From: an uncultured Verrucomicrobiae bacterium
GTDB lineage: Bacteria > Verrucomicrobiota > Verrucomicrobiia > Chthoniobacterales > UBA10450
Length of the DNA stretch: 64,000 nt
Direction of reading: 5' to 3'
NCBI GenBank assembly: GCA_963815455.1
Contig: CAWFGO010000001.1
Span: 1,671,602-1,735,601, forward strand
Both the position numbers and the translations under genes were made by a program. Under the pieces are notes generated by a model, which was not told the origin of the DNA, did not search any database, and saw only the letters and a list, made by a program, of their open reading frames with translations. This document shows, in pieces, positions 48,110 to 61,553 of the stretch; position 1 is the first letter of the stretch, and the number at the start of each line of letters is the position of its first letter.

Positions 48110-50581
48110 TTATTCGGCGCGCAGCGCGACGACCGGGTCTACCCGGGCGGCGCGGCGGGCCGGTAACCACGCGGCCAAAAACGCGACGACTGAAATGATC
48201 AGGATAATCGAAACGAACGTGATCGGGTCCCATGCGCCGACTCCGAAAAGGAGGCTGTTCAGCAACCGTGTCGCGGCAAAGGCTCCGACGAGACCGAAGG
48301 CGATGCTGATCCCGACGAGGATCATGGCCTGACCCACGACCAGGCGAAAGATGTTCGATTGCCTGGCGCCCAGTGCGATCCGGATGCCGATTTCGTTGGT
48401 GCGTTGGGAAACGGAATAGGCCAGCACTCCGTAAATGCCGATGGCGGTAAGGATCAGCGCCGTGCCGGCGAAGATCGACAAGAGCAGGGCGTTGAAGCGC
48501 GGACGGGCGAGCGAGCGGGAAATATATTCGTCGAAGACTCGAATGCTGGTGAGCGGGATCGAGTTGTCCATCGTGGCCAGCTCATTCCGAACGGCGGAGG
48601 TGAGGGCGGCTGGATCTGAAACACGAGTCCGGACCACCAGCGAAACGATGTCGAAGGGGATTTGGGTCCGAGGCAAATACATCTCGGGTGAATCATCGTT
48701 CTTGAGCGACAGATGTTTCACATTGCCGACCACGCCGACGATCTCGCGCATTTTCGGCTTCGAGTTCGGGTCGGGATCGGCGCTAAAACCGGGCGCGATT
48801 CGTTTTCCAAGCACGTTTTGGCCCGGGTAAAACTTGTTGGCGAACCGCTCGTTTACAATCACGACCGGCGGCGAATCGAATCGATCGTTCTCATTGAAAA
48901 CGCGGCCCTGCCGCTCCGCGATGCCCATGGTCTTGAAATAATCGGTGGCGATGATCCTTACCGGGGCGCCGGCCCGTTGCCCTTCAGGCAAGGGATGATC
49001 CGCCATGTCAAAATCAGTCACCATGTTGCTGCCGCTCAGGGGCAGCGGAACGATGGTGCTGGCCGACACAACCCCAGGCAACGACCGAACCCGAGGAAGA
49101 AACTGGTCGAAGAACGCGATGATGTTTTCGTTTTTCGGGTAAGCGGCGGCGGGCAATTGAATACGCGCGGTGAGTAAACGTTCGGTTTGGAGACCGGGCG
49201 ATACCCGGCCGAGGCGGGCGAAGCTTTGGATCAATAATCCGGCGCAGACGAGCAAGACCAGCGCAAGCGCAACCTCGGACATGACCAGAGCGTTACGCAA
49301 ACGATGTTTGTGTTCGCCACCCGTGCCGGTGCGCGCCCCTGTTTTCAATGCGCTGTTAAGATCGACATGCGATGCCTGCCAGGCGGGCACGAGCCCAAAG
49401 ATGATCCCGGTCGCGAGCGAGATGACCAGGGTGAAGGCAAGCACCGCACTATCGAGTTGAATATTGCTGATACGCGGAATGTTTTGCGGAACGGTCCGGA
49501 TCAGCGCATCGGTTCCCCATTGGGCAATGAGCAGCCCAAGCAAGCCGCCCAGTCCTGCGAGCAGCAAACTTTCGGTTAGCAATTGGCGAATAATTCGCGC
49601 TCGGCTGGCGCCCAGGGCTGCGCGCAAGGCCATTTCTTTTCCGCGAACGGAAGCGCGGGCCAGAAGCAGGTTGGCGACATTGGCGTTTGCGATCAGCAAC
49701 ACACAAAGGACCGCCCCGAACAAAACGTAAAGGCCAGTGCGCACGTCGCCGATGAGGTCCTCTCGGAGCGGCTTGAACGCGACTCCGAAATATGAATTCG
49801 TATCAGGATATTGTTTTTCCAGATTTGCCGCGATAGTTCCAAGATCGGCCTGGGCTTGCTCAATCGTCACGCCGGGCTTGAGCCGGGCGATCGCTTCCAG
49901 GCTATGGCTGCCGCGCGATTCCGTGACCGGTTGGCCTCCGTCGGTGCTCGTGGCGTCTTCGGCAATGGTGACGTAATATTCAATCGGGTCGGCTTGGATT
50001 GGGAACTGAAACCCGGCCGGCATCACACCGATCACGGTGAATTGCCGGCGATCGAGCTCGATGGTGCGTCCCAGTACATTTGTTTCGCCGCCGAACTGCT
50101 TCTTCCAAAAATCGTTACTGATAATGATCTTGAATCCCCCGGAACCGCCGCTGCTCTTTTCATCGTCTTGCGTGAATGTGCGACCCATCACCGGCTTAAC
50201 CCCGACGACATCGAAGAACTCCGCGCTCGACTTAACTCCGAGCACGCTGGTGGCGCCTTCGCTGCTCGTTAGCGCCGAAGGCCGGGTACGAAAGACCGCC
50301 ATGCTCGAAAGAGTGCGGTTCTGGGCGCGAAAATCGAAGAAATCGAGATAAGAAAGGGAACCGAGATTTTCCTGGGTCGCCTTTTCGCGCGTATTGGTCA
50401 TGCCGAACGCGACGAGCTGCTGCGGCTCGGGAAACGGCAGCGGCTTCAACAGAAGGGCGTTGACCACGCTAAAGATGGCGGTGTTGGCACCGATTCCGAG
50501 GGCTAGCGTGATTGCGGCGACCAGAGTAAACCCGGGATTTTTTACCAGTTGTCGCAGGCCGTATTGGATGTCGTTTAACAT
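48110..50581 (-). CDS. ADOP/MacB-type ABC permease 4
   Basis: [48 protein letters not shown]. Confidence 0.93.
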   Translation of the reverse strand: MLNDIQYGLRQLVKNPGFTLVAAITLALGIGANTAIFSVVNALLLKPLPFPEPQQLVAFGMTNTREKATQENLGSLSYLDFFDFRAQNRTLSSMAVFRTRPSALTSSEGATSVLGVKSSAEFFDVVGVKPVMGRTFTQDDEKSSGGSGGFKIIISNDFWKKQFGGETNVLGRTIELDRRQFTVIGVMPAGFQFPIQADPIEYYVTIAEDATSTDGGQPVTESRGSHSLEAIARLKPGVTIEQAQADLGTIAANLEKQYPDTNSYFGVAFKPLREDLIGDVRTGLYVLFGAVLCVLLIANANVANLLLARASVRGKEMALRAALGASRARIIRQLLTESLLLAGLGGLLGLLIAQWGTDALIRTVPQNIPRISNIQLDSAVLAFTLVISLATGIIFGLVPAWQASHVDLNSALKTGARTGTGGEHKHRLRNALVMSEVALALVLLVCAGLLIQSFARLGRVSPGLQTERLLTARIQLPAAAYPKNENIIAFFDQFLPRVRSLPGVVSASTIVPLPLSGSNMVTDFDMADHPLPEGQRAGAPVRIIATDYFKTMGIAERQGRVFNENDRFDSPPVVIVNERFANKFYPGQNVLGKRIAPGFSADPDPNSKPKMREIVGVVGNVKHLSLKNDDSPEMYLPRTQIPFDIVSLVVRTRVSDPAALTSAVRNELATMDNSIPLTSIRVFDEYISRSLARPRFNALLLSIFAGTALILTAIGIYGVLAYSVSQRTNEIGIRIALGARQSNIFRLVVGQAMILVGISIAFGLVGAFAATRLLNSLLFGVGAWDPITFVSIILIISVVAFLAAWLPARRAARVDPVVALRAE

Positions 50582-50594
50582 AGTGATGGTGGAG

Positions 50595-53006
50595 TTATTC
50601 CGTTCGCAAAGCCTCGATAGGATCGACAAGTGTGGCCCGGCGGGCGGGCAGGAAAGCGGCAAGAAGCGCGATGAGAATTACGATAAAGATGACTGTGCCG
50701 AATACGATTGGATCGTATGCGGTGGTGCGGAATAGAAGCGTTTCCATGAGGCGCGCTACGCCGGTCGCAGCGAGAAGTCCAAAGGCAAGACCGAAAGCGG
50801 TAAGTTTGGCGCCGTGACCGAGGACGAGACGACGAATGTCGTGGACCTGTGCACCGAGAGCGAAGCGGATGCCGAATTCACGCGTGCGCTGCGCGACACT
50901 GTAGGCAATCAGCCCGTAAAGACCAATGCCGGCGAGCAAGAGTGCGAGCAATGCGAAGAGGCTGAACAGCGTCAGATAGAGTTGCGGCTGCGTGAGACTC
51001 TGTTTTACCAATGTCCGCACCGGCGAGACATTTGAAATTGTCTGCTCAGGATTGAATTGCCAGATCGCACGTTGCACGGTTTGCGCGATCGCTTCGGCCG
51101 GCAGCGGCGAGCGCACCAGGAGGGTCGAGAAAGGTGTGCCCCGTTGATTTAGTGAAGAATAAACCTGGTACGGCGTTTCGGTGTTAAGACCACTGCGCGG
51201 AACGTCGCCGACTACGCCGATTACTTCGAGCGGTCCAGATTCCGGTTGCTGCCGGCTTGGCGGAAGAATAAGACGCTTGCCGATCGGATCCTCGGTCGGA
51301 AAGAATTTCTTTGCGGCCGATTCGCTCAGCACAATCACCTCCGGCGCCTTGCTGTCATCGGTGTCGGAAAATGTTCGACCTTTCAAGAGTGGAATGTGCA
51401 ACGTTCCAAAAAATGAGGGACTGACCGAATCGTAGAAGGCGGGCGGCAATTTTGTCGCGTCGTCTGATGACCCGTAAATGTAGAACGTAGCAGGAATGCC
51501 CCAGGTGAATGGCATTGTCTGGGTAAAGCCAACGGAGTCCACGCCGGGTAGTGCGCTCGTGTGTTCAAGAATCTGGCGATAATAGTCGGTTCGCTTTTGT
51601 CCGGTGTCGTAACGGGTGGGCGCGAGCGTTAGCACCATCCTAAGCGTGTTCTCGATTTGAATCCCGGGGTTGACGCGCACGATGGCGGCGAAACTTTTCC
51701 AAACGAGGCCGGCGCAAACGAGCAGGACGAGCGTGAGGGCGATCTGCGCCACGACAAGTGCGCCGCGGAACCGGACCGATTGGACACCGGAGGAACCTTT
51801 GCTTCCATCGCGCAACGAATCGATCGCGCCGACCCTGGTCGCGTGCCATGCCGGATAGAGGCCGAATGTGAGTCCGGTCAGCAATGCGATCACGCCGGTG
51901 GTAAGAAGCACAGGCAGATTGAGCGCGATTTCGTCACCGCGCGGAATCCAATCGCGCGCCAGACTCGCCAAGAGCAGGTCCAATCCCCAACTGGCGATCA
52001 ACACTCCGCCAATGCCGCCAAGAACGACGAGCAACAGGGATTCGATCAAATGGCCTCGCGCAATCGCTGCGCGGCTCGCTCCGAGCGCAAGGCGAATCGC
52101 GACCTCGCGTTGCCGGGTCGAAGCTCGCACGAACTGCAGGCCCGCGACATTTGCGCACGTGATCAAGAGCACGAGGAGCGACGCGCCCACGACAAGAAGA
52201 AGACCTGGCGCAAAATTCTTTACCACCTGCTGGAGCAGCGGAGTGGCGAGAAAATTCCAGCCCTTGTAAAACTTCGGATCGTTCTGCGCGAAGCGGGCCG
52301 CGATGGTGGATAATTCCGCTTTCACAGTCGCGGCGGGCACGTTTGGTTTTGCTCTCCCGATCACGCCCCAATACCGCGAATTGGCGACCACGTTTTCACC
52401 CCCCTCGTTCGGGAACGGCCGCCATAATTCCGCATTATTCCATGGTTCCTTAAAGCGGCGCGGCATCACGCCGATGACCTCATGCGGCACATCGTTGAGC
52501 TCTATCGTCTTACCCACGATCTCGCGCCGGCCACCGAAATATTTTTGCCAAAGCGGGTAACCGAGAATCACGGTGGGTCGCGCGTTCGCCGCCGCGTCCT
52601 CTCGCGCAAACGTGCGGCCGATCAGAGCCGGCTCTCCGAGGACGCGAAAATAATCCTGCGTCACCAGGCTGCCTGTGACCGAAGTTGGTTTTTCGACGCC
52701 GGTGAGGTTGTCGTAATTGTAGCGGCTGGCGGCGAGCCATTCGAAGGAGGTCGCCTCCTTCTCCAGCTCGCGAAAACCGGCCGGCGCAAAGCCCTGGTTG
52801 ATCAAATTCTCGGACAAGCAGTCCGATTGCAGCGACATGATACGGTCGGCTTCCGGATAGGGAAGCGGCGCGATCAAGACTGCATGGACGACGGTGAAGA
52901 TGGCTGTGTTCGCGCCAATTCCGAGGGCAAGCGAAATCACGGCAACAAATGTAAATCCGGGATTCCGGGTCAGTTGCCGCAGTCCGTACCGAATGTCGTT
53001 CAACAT
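50595..53006 (-). CDS. ADOP/MacB-type ABC permease 3
   Basis: Same duplicated FtsX/MacB_PCD signature. Confidence 0.93.
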   Translation of the reverse strand: MLNDIRYGLRQLTRNPGFTFVAVISLALGIGANTAIFTVVHAVLIAPLPYPEADRIMSLQSDCLSENLINQGFAPAGFRELEKEATSFEWLAASRYNYDNLTGVEKPTSVTGSLVTQDYFRVLGEPALIGRTFAREDAAANARPTVILGYPLWQKYFGGRREIVGKTIELNDVPHEVIGVMPRRFKEPWNNAELWRPFPNEGGENVVANSRYWGVIGRAKPNVPAATVKAELSTIAARFAQNDPKFYKGWNFLATPLLQQVVKNFAPGLLLVVGASLLVLLITCANVAGLQFVRASTRQREVAIRLALGASRAAIARGHLIESLLLVVLGGIGGVLIASWGLDLLLASLARDWIPRGDEIALNLPVLLTTGVIALLTGLTFGLYPAWHATRVGAIDSLRDGSKGSSGVQSVRFRGALVVAQIALTLVLLVCAGLVWKSFAAIVRVNPGIQIENTLRMVLTLAPTRYDTGQKRTDYYRQILEHTSALPGVDSVGFTQTMPFTWGIPATFYIYGSSDDATKLPPAFYDSVSPSFFGTLHIPLLKGRTFSDTDDSKAPEVIVLSESAAKKFFPTEDPIGKRLILPPSRQQPESGPLEVIGVVGDVPRSGLNTETPYQVYSSLNQRGTPFSTLLVRSPLPAEAIAQTVQRAIWQFNPEQTISNVSPVRTLVKQSLTQPQLYLTLFSLFALLALLLAGIGLYGLIAYSVAQRTREFGIRFALGAQVHDIRRLVLGHGAKLTAFGLAFGLLAATGVARLMETLLFRTTAYDPIVFGTVIFIVILIALLAAFLPARRATLVDPIEALRTE

Positions 53007-53046
53007 AAAAGGCAATGATAAGTTTCGAATGTCGAATGGATCTTCG

Positions 53047-53718
53047 TCATTTTCCCTGCACCGCCCAACCGTCGCGCAGTTGGATGATGCGGTTTCCGTA
53101 GGCGGCGTTCTTTTCCGAGTGCGTTACTTGGATGATGGTCGTGCCCTCGGCGTTTAATTTCTTAAACAAGTTCATGATCTCTTCGCCTTGGCTGGAGTGC
53201 AGATTGCCAGTCGGCTCGTCCGCCAGCAGGAGCTTCGGATTTGAAATGATCGCCCGGGCGACTCCGACGAGCTGCTGTTGCCCGCCCGAGAGCTGGCGCG
53301 GATACAAATCTTTCTTGCCGACGATCTGAAAACGATCGAGAGCTTCGGCCACCATCCCTGCTCGCTCGCTTTTGCCGACCTTGCGATAGGAGAGCGGGAT
53401 TTCGAGATTTTCGTACACGGTCAGGTCGTCGAGCAGATGATATTGTTGAAAAACGAACCCGATTTGTTCGTTGCGAAGCGTGGCGCGTTCTTTTGCTTTC
53501 AAGTTGTGGACCGCGACATCATTCAGGAAATATTCGCCATTCCAACCGTGGTCGTGCATGCCGAGCACATGCAACAGTGTCGATTTGCCGGCGCCCGAAG
53601 GGCCCATGACCGAAACGAATTCTCCCTCGGCAACATCGAGATTAATGTCGCGCAGCACGTAAAAGAACTGCGCTTTAGCCAGCGGATAAACGCGTTCGAG
53701 ATTTCGAAGTTTAATCAT
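53047..53718 (-). CDS. ABC transporter ATP-binding protein (LolD/MacB type)
   Basis: [28 protein letters not shown]. Confidence 0.95.
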   Translation of the reverse strand: MIKLRNLERVYPLAKAQFFYVLRDINLDVAEGEFVSVMGPSGAGKSTLLHVLGMHDHGWNGEYFLNDVAVHNLKAKERATLRNEQIGFVFQQYHLLDDLTVYENLEIPLSYRKVGKSERAGMVAEALDRFQIVGKKDLYPRQLSGGQQQLVGVARAIISNPKLLLADEPTGNLHSSQGEEIMNLFKKLNAEGTTIIQVTHSEKNAAYGNRIIQLRDGWAVQGK

Positions 53719-53723
53719 TGGAG

Positions 53724-56180
53724 TTAGGGGTTGTGTCCGAGAGCGATCATCGGGTCGGCTCGCGTGGCGCGAATCGCGGGCACAAAGCTGGCGGCCAGCG
53801 CCACCAACCCGAGCAACACGGTGACCAGGGCAAATGTCGGCCCATCGAATGCGCTGACCCGATAAAGCAACGTTGCCAGCGCGCGTGTGCTCAGGAACGC
53901 GAGAAATAAGCCGATGGAGGTCCCCGCGCCGATCAACATCAGCGCGCGGACCATGACGAGATTTAAGACATCGCGACGTTGCGCGCCTAACGCCATGCGC
54001 ACTCCGATTTCGTGCGTGCGTTGCAGAACTAGGTAGGAAATAACTCCATAAATTCCTACTGACGCGAGGAGCAACGCGATTCCGGCGAAAGCGCCAAGGA
54101 GCACGACCGACAATCTCCGGGCGGCTATTGAATCGCCCATGATTTGCTCCATCGGCCGCACGTAAGCGATGGCGACACCGGAATCGATCGCCTGGACTTC
54201 GCGTCGAATGTTACCGATGAGCGGGCGCGGATCCATTGTGCTCCGGACGACGAGGATCATTGTTTGCGGCGGTGAGTGCCAGAGCGGCAGATACATTTCC
54301 GGGTTCGGATCGATATCGAGGCCGAGATGATGCATATTTGTCACGATCCCGACAATCGGGATCCAGTGCGGATTCCTCGCCGGATTATCAAACGTGATGC
54401 GTTTGTCGAGCGCATCGCCGTTTGGCCAAAACTTGCTGGCGAAAGCCTGATTGACCAAAACACCGCGGGCATCTTTTTGGTTGTCGTCGGCGACCAGGGG
54501 CCGGCCGGAAAGCACCGGCGTTTGCAGAGCGCGAAAGTAATCCGGACTGACATGCCGAATCTCTTCATCCGGTCCCGGCTCTCTCGGCGCAATCGGACGA
54601 CCTTCGATTGCAAACGACCAGTCGGAATTATTTCCGGAGAGCGGCAAAATATCTGTGATTGCGGCGGCAGTCACGCCCGGAACGCTTGCGGCTCTGCGCA
54701 CGAGCTCATCGGAAAAATGTATAATGTTCTCCGGTTTGGGATAGCTCAGCGACGGAAGAGTGAGTTCCATCGTCAACACGTTTTGCGGGTTGAATCCGGG
54801 ATCGACCTGCTGTAGGCGCGCGAAACTTTTGATGAGCAAACTCGCGCTGGTAAGGAGGACCAGAGCGAGCGCTACTTCGGCGATCACGAGAACCGTGCGC
54901 GCGAGATTGTGCCGGCGGCCTTCGCTTGTCCCACGACCGCCCTCTTTCAATGCTCCACTCAATTCCGGTCGAGCGGTCGTGAGCGCAGGGATAAGGCCAA
55001 AGAGTAAACCAGCGCCGATCGCCACCACCAAAGTAACGAGCAACACCGTGAGATCGAGATTAACGTCGCCCAGTCGCGGCACCGTTTGAGCGCCAATACG
55101 TTTCAGGACGTTCACGCTCCAGCCTGCAGTCAGAACACCGAGGCTACCTCCGGCGAGCGCGAGCATGACGCTCTCCACCAGCATCTGACGCACAATAGCC
55201 CATCGGTTGGCCCCAAGCGCGACGCGAATTGCAAACTCTCGTTCGCGGGCGGTGGCACGCGCGAGCAGCATCGTCCCGACGTTTGCACAACCGATGACCA
55301 AAACCAGGCCGACGGCGGCGACCAGGATGAGCGACATGGAACGAACCGGCGCGGTCGTGAGTTCCTGCAATTGCAAAACGTCCGCTCCGAAGCTTGTCCC
55401 CGAGGGATATCGGTTCGGATTTTCCCGTCTCATTTGGGCGTTAACCGTTTCCATTTCCGCCTCAGCCGAGTGGAAAGTCGCGCTGTCCCGCAGGCGAGCG
55501 ATCGCGACAAGGTTACGCGAATAACGAGCCTGCATTTGTTCTTCCGTGAAAGCGAGCGGACACCAGAGATCGGCTCGCTCGGAAAATGAGGCAACTGCCA
55601 CGTTGTAGAGTCGTATTGGGAAATCAAAACTTTCCGGCATTACTCCGACCACCGTGTAGTTGCGTCCATCCAGCGCGATCTGGTTGCCGACGATGTTTGA
55701 GTCGGAATTAAACCGCCGTTTCCACAATCGCGCGCTGATGACGACGACGTTGTCGCGGCCAACCTGGCATTCTTCCCCAGTAAAGGTCCGTCCCCGCACT
55801 GGTTTGATGCCGAGTGGATCGAACACGCCGTCAGTGACCAGCGCGGCAGGAACACGTTCGGGCTGATCGCCGCTGGCCAGATTGTAATTGGCGGTGGTGA
55901 AAGCGCCGATTCTTTCGAAGCTGCCAACGCGCTGCTCGTAATCGCGAAACTCCGGCGCAGACATCGGTATTTTCTCGAGCCCCATCGAATGAAAATGCTG
56001 CACGATGAGTGCAAGACGCGACGGCTCGTGAAACGGCAGGGGACGGAACAAAAGGGCGTCGACCAGACTAAACACGGCGGTATTGGCGCCGATGGCGAGC
56101 GCCAGAGTGACAATCGCGATTAGAGTGAACCCTGGTGTTTTTGTCAGGCTCCGGAACGCGAAACGGATTTCTTGGAGCAT
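53724..56180 (-). CDS. ADOP/MacB-type ABC permease 2
   Basis: [30 protein letters not shown]. Confidence 0.93.
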   Translation of the reverse strand: MLQEIRFAFRSLTKTPGFTLIAIVTLALAIGANTAVFSLVDALLFRPLPFHEPSRLALIVQHFHSMGLEKIPMSAPEFRDYEQRVGSFERIGAFTTANYNLASGDQPERVPAALVTDGVFDPLGIKPVRGRTFTGEECQVGRDNVVVISARLWKRRFNSDSNIVGNQIALDGRNYTVVGVMPESFDFPIRLYNVAVASFSERADLWCPLAFTEEQMQARYSRNLVAIARLRDSATFHSAEAEMETVNAQMRRENPNRYPSGTSFGADVLQLQELTTAPVRSMSLILVAAVGLVLVIGCANVGTMLLARATAREREFAIRVALGANRWAIVRQMLVESVMLALAGGSLGVLTAGWSVNVLKRIGAQTVPRLGDVNLDLTVLLVTLVVAIGAGLLFGLIPALTTARPELSGALKEGGRGTSEGRRHNLARTVLVIAEVALALVLLTSASLLIKSFARLQQVDPGFNPQNVLTMELTLPSLSYPKPENIIHFSDELVRRAASVPGVTAAAITDILPLSGNNSDWSFAIEGRPIAPREPGPDEEIRHVSPDYFRALQTPVLSGRPLVADDNQKDARGVLVNQAFASKFWPNGDALDKRITFDNPARNPHWIPIVGIVTNMHHLGLDIDPNPEMYLPLWHSPPQTMILVVRSTMDPRPLIGNIRREVQAIDSGVAIAYVRPMEQIMGDSIAARRLSVVLLGAFAGIALLLASVGIYGVISYLVLQRTHEIGVRMALGAQRRDVLNLVMVRALMLIGAGTSIGLFLAFLSTRALATLLYRVSAFDGPTFALVTVLLGLVALAASFVPAIRATRADPMIALGHNP

Positions 56181-56192
56181 GACACGCGTCCG

Positions 56193-58774
56193 TTACTCGT
56201 AGCGCAGAGCTTCGACCGGGTTTAGTGCAGCGGCCCGGCGCGCGGGCAACCAGGTTGCGACGAGTGCGGCAGCGGCCAGCAGCAGCGGAGCGGCCGTAAA
56301 CGCAATGGGATCGAAGGCGCCGACTTCGTACAAAACTCCACTGAGTATCTTTCCGGTCGCTGCCGCGAGGAGCAGACCGAGCGCGATGCCGCTGAAAAGC
56401 ATGATCGACCCTTCGCGCATAATTAGTCGCAGAACCGCTCCGGGCTGTGCGCCCAGAGCCATGCGAATCCCGATCTCGCGTGTTCGCCGCGCGACGGAAT
56501 ACGCCTTTACTCCGTAAAGACCGACTACAGCGAGACCGAGCGCGAGTCCGCCGAAGATGGAGAACAACGCCGCTCCGGCCCGGACAATCCAGAGTTGCAA
56601 GTTGGAATCGAGATGCTGCGAAAATGTTTTCAGCGATAGGATTGGGATCGAAGGATCGACATCGCGCACCGTTCGTCGCAATAGATCGGCGGCGCTGGCT
56701 TCGTTACCGGGAGGGAGCGAACGAAATCGAACAAAAAAATTCACGTCGCTTTGGAATCCACGCGCGAATGGCAAATAGATGGCGCATCCGGGCTCTTTTT
56801 CGAAAAGCGCGCGTCGCGTCGCCGGCACGATACCAACTATTTCAATCGTCTCTTCCGCTTTCTGTTCTTCACTCAAGTCGGCGGTCATTCCCATCTTCTT
56901 GTCTCCCCCGCCTTGTTTGGCTGCGTTCTCGCTGGCGTATTGAATCCGCTGGCCGAGCGCGTTCCCTTCGGGCCAAAGTTTTTTCGCCAACACCTCGTCG
57001 ATGATCGCGACTTTCGGGCCAGGCTGCGTGGCTTCCGCTTCGGTGAACGCGCGGCCGCGAATCACAGGCAGCCCAACCGTGGGAAAGTAATCTGCGCCCA
57101 CACTGTTCCATGCCGCATCAAAAGCGAGACCCTCGGCGGCCGTAGCTGGTTTGTCGTCCGGCCCGGGGTGAACGCCTGCTCGCTGAATGTTTCGGCCCAA
57201 CGAAATCATCCCAAACGGCACCGTTGCGGAAACGCTCGCGTGTTCAACCCCCGGAAGCGCAGCAAGCCGCTCGCTCAGGTTTTGATAGAGTTGCTCCGCG
57301 CGTTTCGATTCGTAACCAGCCAGGCTGGCATCGACTTCGAGAAGAAAACTTGCCCCCGGCTTAAGACCGGTATCAACGGACGCGGCTTTGGCCGCGCCAC
57401 GAATGAACAAGGCTGCGGCAGTAAGCAGCGCGAGCGAGAACGCAATTTGTATAACCACCAGCGGATTGCGCGGCAGAAATTTCCATCGACGGCGCACAAC
57501 GTCTTCGCCGGCATGCTCCTTTAGATCGGTTATCACCGCGCTGCGCGAAATTTTCAAGGCCGGTCCCAGCGCAAACAAAAGCGTGCCGAGCAGGCAAAAT
57601 CCGAATGTCGCACCCAGAACCGCGGGACTCGGTCCACTCGCCCAGACGATGTCGAGCGGTATCATTTTGCGAAGTGAGCCGACCAGGAGATCGGACGACC
57701 AGAGCCCGAGAATCAGTCCGCCCAACCCGCCAAGCAACGCCAGCACGAACCCCTCGACCAGGAGCTGTCGCACAACGAGTGCACGACTGCCGCCAAGGGC
57801 GAGTCGGATCGCGATTTCTTTTCGGCGCGCCGTCCGCGCGCAAGGAGCATGTTGGCGAGATTCAGGCAGGCCACCAGCAACACCACCGTCGCCATGCCGA
57901 GTAGCAACGGCCCGATTGCCACCATGCCGCCATCGCCTGACGGGCTCGTGCTCACCGAATTGCGCGACACCGGTTCGGTTATGAACGTTTGATTCTTTTG
58001 TTCGACCGGAAACGCTTTTTCCAAATTCGCCGCTAAACCTTCCAGTGCGGGTTCGGCCGCAGCCGCGGTCATTCCGGATTTGAGTCGGCCGAGAATGAGC
58101 AATTGATTGCCTTTGCGATCGGCAATTGTCGTCTTGTTCTCCGAGGCAAAATCGTTTGCCACTCGATCGTAAACGCTCATCGGCAGCCAGGCATCCGCTG
58201 AGAAAACCTGCATCGTGCCGGTGAAACCCTTTGGCGTGATCCCGACGATGGTGAATGCGCGGCCGTTGATGAGAAGCTGCGACCCGAGCACGCCGGGATC
58301 GAGACATGTTTTGCCAGTAACTATAGCTGACGATCGCGACCGGTGTGTCACGCCCGAGCGTTTCTTCCTCGGGCAAGAACACACGACCTCGCGCCAGGGG
58401 AACTCCGAGCACTGAGAAATAGTTTGAGCTGACGATGGCTGCGAACCGCGCCGCGTGTCGCCTTTCTGGCCGAGACCGACCAGGGCGAGATTGAAGCACG
58501 TCACGTCAGTAAAGACTGTGTTTTGCGCGCGAATATCGAGATAAGTCGGATAAGAAAATCCGCGAAAGGTTTTCGGGTTCTTTTTGTCCTGGGAAAAGAG
58601 CTGCACCACTTCGTGTGGCCTCGCGTAAGCCAGGGTGGAGCGATGATAGCGTGCTCACCAGGCTAAATACCGCCGTTTCGCGCCAATGCCCAGCGCGAGG
58701 ACAGTCGCCGCGGCAATTGTGAATCCCGGCGCCTTTAACAGCTGCCGGAAGGCGAACTTAAAATCCTGAATCAT
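56193..58774 (-). CDS. ADOP/MacB-type ABC permease 1 (several frameshifts)
   Basis: MIQDFKFAFRQL start, LLVACLNLANMLLARG, RTREIGIRMALGA, NPVEALRYE. Confidence 0.88.
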
Positions 58775-58796
58775 GTGCGGCAGGGACCGCTCTTGT

Positions 58797-59498
58797 TTAG
58801 GCGGCGACCCGGTTGTCTTCCACCACCCGGCCGTCGAACAGATGACGGTCCGATCGGCGTGCTCAGCGAAGCGCTCGATCGTGCGTGACCATGCAGATGG
58901 TCGCGCCGCCGGCGTGCAATTCCTTCAGCAAATCCATGACCGCTTCGCCATTGCGCGAATCGAGATTGCCCGTCGGTTCGTCGGCCAGCAGGATCGCCGG
59001 TTTGCCGGCCAGCGCGCGCGCCACGGCCACGCGTTGCTGCTGGCCGCCGGAAAGCTGGCTCGGAAAATGCTTCACCCGATGCGCCATGCCCACGCGTTCC
59101 AGCGCTTCGCGTCACGGCGCCTGTTCGTTCGCCCGCCGCCATTCCGCGATAGGTCAGCGGAAGCTCGACATTTTCGAAGACAGTCAGATCGCCGATCAAA
59201 TTGAAGCTTTGAAAAATAAACCCGATTTCGCGATTGCGAATGCGCGCGCGCTCGGGAAACGAGAGATTCGCCACTTCGCTGCCTTCAAGGAATAGCTTCC
59301 GTCCGACGGCGAGTCGACAGGCCGAGGATCGAGAATAGCGTCGATTTGCCGCAGCCGGACGGGCCGGCGATGGAAAGATATTCGCCGGGGCGAATATCCA
59401 GATGAATGCCGGAGAGCGCATGGGTTTCCACCTCATCGGTGAGGAAACACTTTGGTAACGTCTTGAAGGTGAATAAGAGGAGTGGATCCGTTTTTCAT
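58797..59498 (-). CDS. ABC transporter ATP-binding protein (frameshifted)
   Basis: [43 protein letters not shown]. Confidence 0.9.
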
Positions 59499-59542
59499 AG
59501 GTTGAGTTGTTGGCTTGTTTTGGGTTTGGTTTTGGATGTGTG

Positions 59543-60802
59543 TTAGTTCAGTCGAATGCGATCGTGGGCATCCCAGGCGCTGGTATCGGAAAGATGACCT
59601 GGTCGCCCGGCTGGAGACCGCTCGGGATTTCAATGGTGTTGACGGAGCTCTTGCCCGAGTTTCACCGGCGTGCGGACCGCTTCGGAGCTGCCGGAACAAG
59701 TTTGAAAATTCCGACGGTGTTGTTTTCCTGGCCAAAAGCCGGCCGGCCGACATAAACGACATCGTTCAATCGTTCGAGCTCGATGGTTCCATCGACGCTC
59801 AAATCCGGGCGCGCGCCTTTGGGCAAATCGCCGTCGAGCGCCACGTCGACCGTGACGGTTCCCTGCTCGACCGCGGGATCGACGCGGATGACGTGGCCGT
59901 TCACCATGCCGTTTCGCGTGTCGATCGACGGCCTCCTGGTTGATCTGAATATCTTTCGCCTGAGTCTCCGCGATTTTGATCTGGGCCTTGAGCTTGGTTG
60001 GGTCGGCCACGCGAGCCAGATTATCGCCGAATTTTCACCCGCTGACCGACTCGACCGGCAACTGCTGCAGCACGCCGGACATGCCGGCTCGCACATGCAA
60101 CGCCTCGACCTGGTCCGGCTTTAATTTCGCGAGTTGCTTGGCCTGATCGACCGCGGCTTGTTTCGAAGCGAGCTGCGGCTCGATCGAGTCCTCGCGGAAA
60201 ACTCAAGGCGCTTTTGCTCGATCTCGTCGCGATTCGCCAGCTCCGCTTCCTTCACCTTCGAGGTCTTGTAGACCAACTCGGCAACGAGGCCATTCTTCGC
60301 CAGCTGATCGTTGGTCTGCCGCTCCATTTTCGCCTGTTCGATACTCGGAATGAACACGCGCGGTCGTTGATTCCTGGTCGAGAAGCTCGCGTTGCAGAGT
60401 TGCGCGCAGGGTCGTCAGCTCGGCTTCCGCCGCCTGTCGACTGTAGACTCGGCGTCGTGAGCCGCTCTGTTCGAGCTCGGGACTGCTCATTTCAAGAATC
60501 ACCGTGTCGGGCTCCACATGTGTGCCCGGCCGAACGATAATCTTTTCCACGCGGCCTTCCGTGCTCGCCGCGATCCAGCGAATATCTTCCGGAACCAGTG
60601 TTCCGAGCCCGCGCACCTGGCGCACCATCGGACCGCGTTTGACCGTGTCGATCCAAACCGTCGAGCGATCGACGCTCGGCACGGCCGGCTTCAACCGCGA
60701 GAAACCAATGGTCACCAGGATCACTCCCAGCGCCATCGCCGAAATCGTGATGATCCGCTTTTTCCGTTTTTTGGCCGCAACATCGGGCCGGGGAATATCC
60801 AT
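59543..60802 (-). CDS. Efflux periplasmic adaptor (HlyD/MacA-type), frameshifted
   Basis: MDIPRP, TVKRGPMVRQVRGLGTLVP, IDTRNG, GARPDLSVDGTIELERL. Confidence 0.88.
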
Positions 60803-60911
60803 CGAGGAAAGGCTGAGCGTAAAGCCGCTCGGGCCGCACAATGGTAGTTTCGGCTTTTGCTTCGCTTTTCGTCATCGGGGTTGATCGGCTTCCAAGTCAG
60901 AGTCCGCCGGT

Positions 60912-61196
60912 TCAGCGAATGAGACCGAGAACGGCGTGCGCTGCCTGGAACAACGGCAAACAGACGGTAAGCATCACTGTGCTGAAGACGGCCGCTTCCG
61001 CCAGGAAATCGCGATTTGCTTCGCCTTCGAAATACGCGCGGGTGACCTGGAAAGAATTGCTTACGTCCAGGCTCGAGCAACGCGCGGTGTAACCGCCGAT
61101 CCCGACCGCCTGGTAATTGGAGTCCGTGACTGGAAGCCGGCGATGAGTTGCATTCGCTCGCTCGGTTTCGTCGATTATTTGAACTGTGGGTTTCAT
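60912..61196 (-). CDS. Small hypothetical protein with C-terminal TM, first gene of the operon
   Basis: Clean 94-aa ORF directly downstream of the sigma54 promoter. Confidence 0.55.
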   Translation of the reverse strand: MKPTVQIIDETERANATHRRLPVTDSNYQAVGIGGYTARCSSLDVSNSFQVTRAYFEGEANRDFLAEAAVFSTVMLTVCLPLFQAAHAVLGLIR

Positions 61197-61267
61197 ATTT
61201 TCTTCTTAGGTGGGATGCGTTTGCGAGCGCATTTCGATTAGAATTTTTTAAAGGCGTTACCTCCTAT

Positions 61268-61283
61268 TGCAAAGCCCGTGCCA
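61268..61283 (-). promoter_or_regulatory. Sigma54 (-24/-12) promoter
   Basis: Minus strand TGGCAC-GGGCT-TTGCA is a perfect consensus, with a sigma54 activator encoded upstream. Confidence 0.88.
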
Positions 61284-61356
61284 TCGGTGAATGGAAAGTC
61301 ATAAGTGACTAGTGATGAGGACTTGTTGATTACAACATTTTCGGCGTGCCACGAAC

Positions 61357-61396
61357 CGCCCCGCTTATGGGACACCGTTGTCCCGAATACGGGAGC
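61357..61396. promoter_or_regulatory. Candidate enhancer (UAS) for the NtrC-family regulator
   Basis: Tandem palindromic sites CCCGCTTATGGGACA and TGTCCCGAATACGGGA about 80-110 bp upstream of the -24 box. Confidence 0.55.
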
Positions 61397-61416
61397 GAAA
61401 ACCGATGTATCGTGCT

Positions 61417-61553
61417 TGTCATCCTTCTGCCCCCTGAGCGGAGCGAACGATCTCGCGAGTATGGACAACGTTTGCGAATGGCGAAGCGATCATGCTTCAG
61501 TGTTGTTCGATCCTTTTCAGTACGATGTGTGTTCCCTCGCTTTGCTCAGGATG
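61417..61553. repeat. Degenerate REP-like element, family of 2167-2247
   Basis: TGTCATCCT..CCTGAGCGGAGCGA ... TCGCTTTGCTCAGGATG. Confidence 0.55.
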
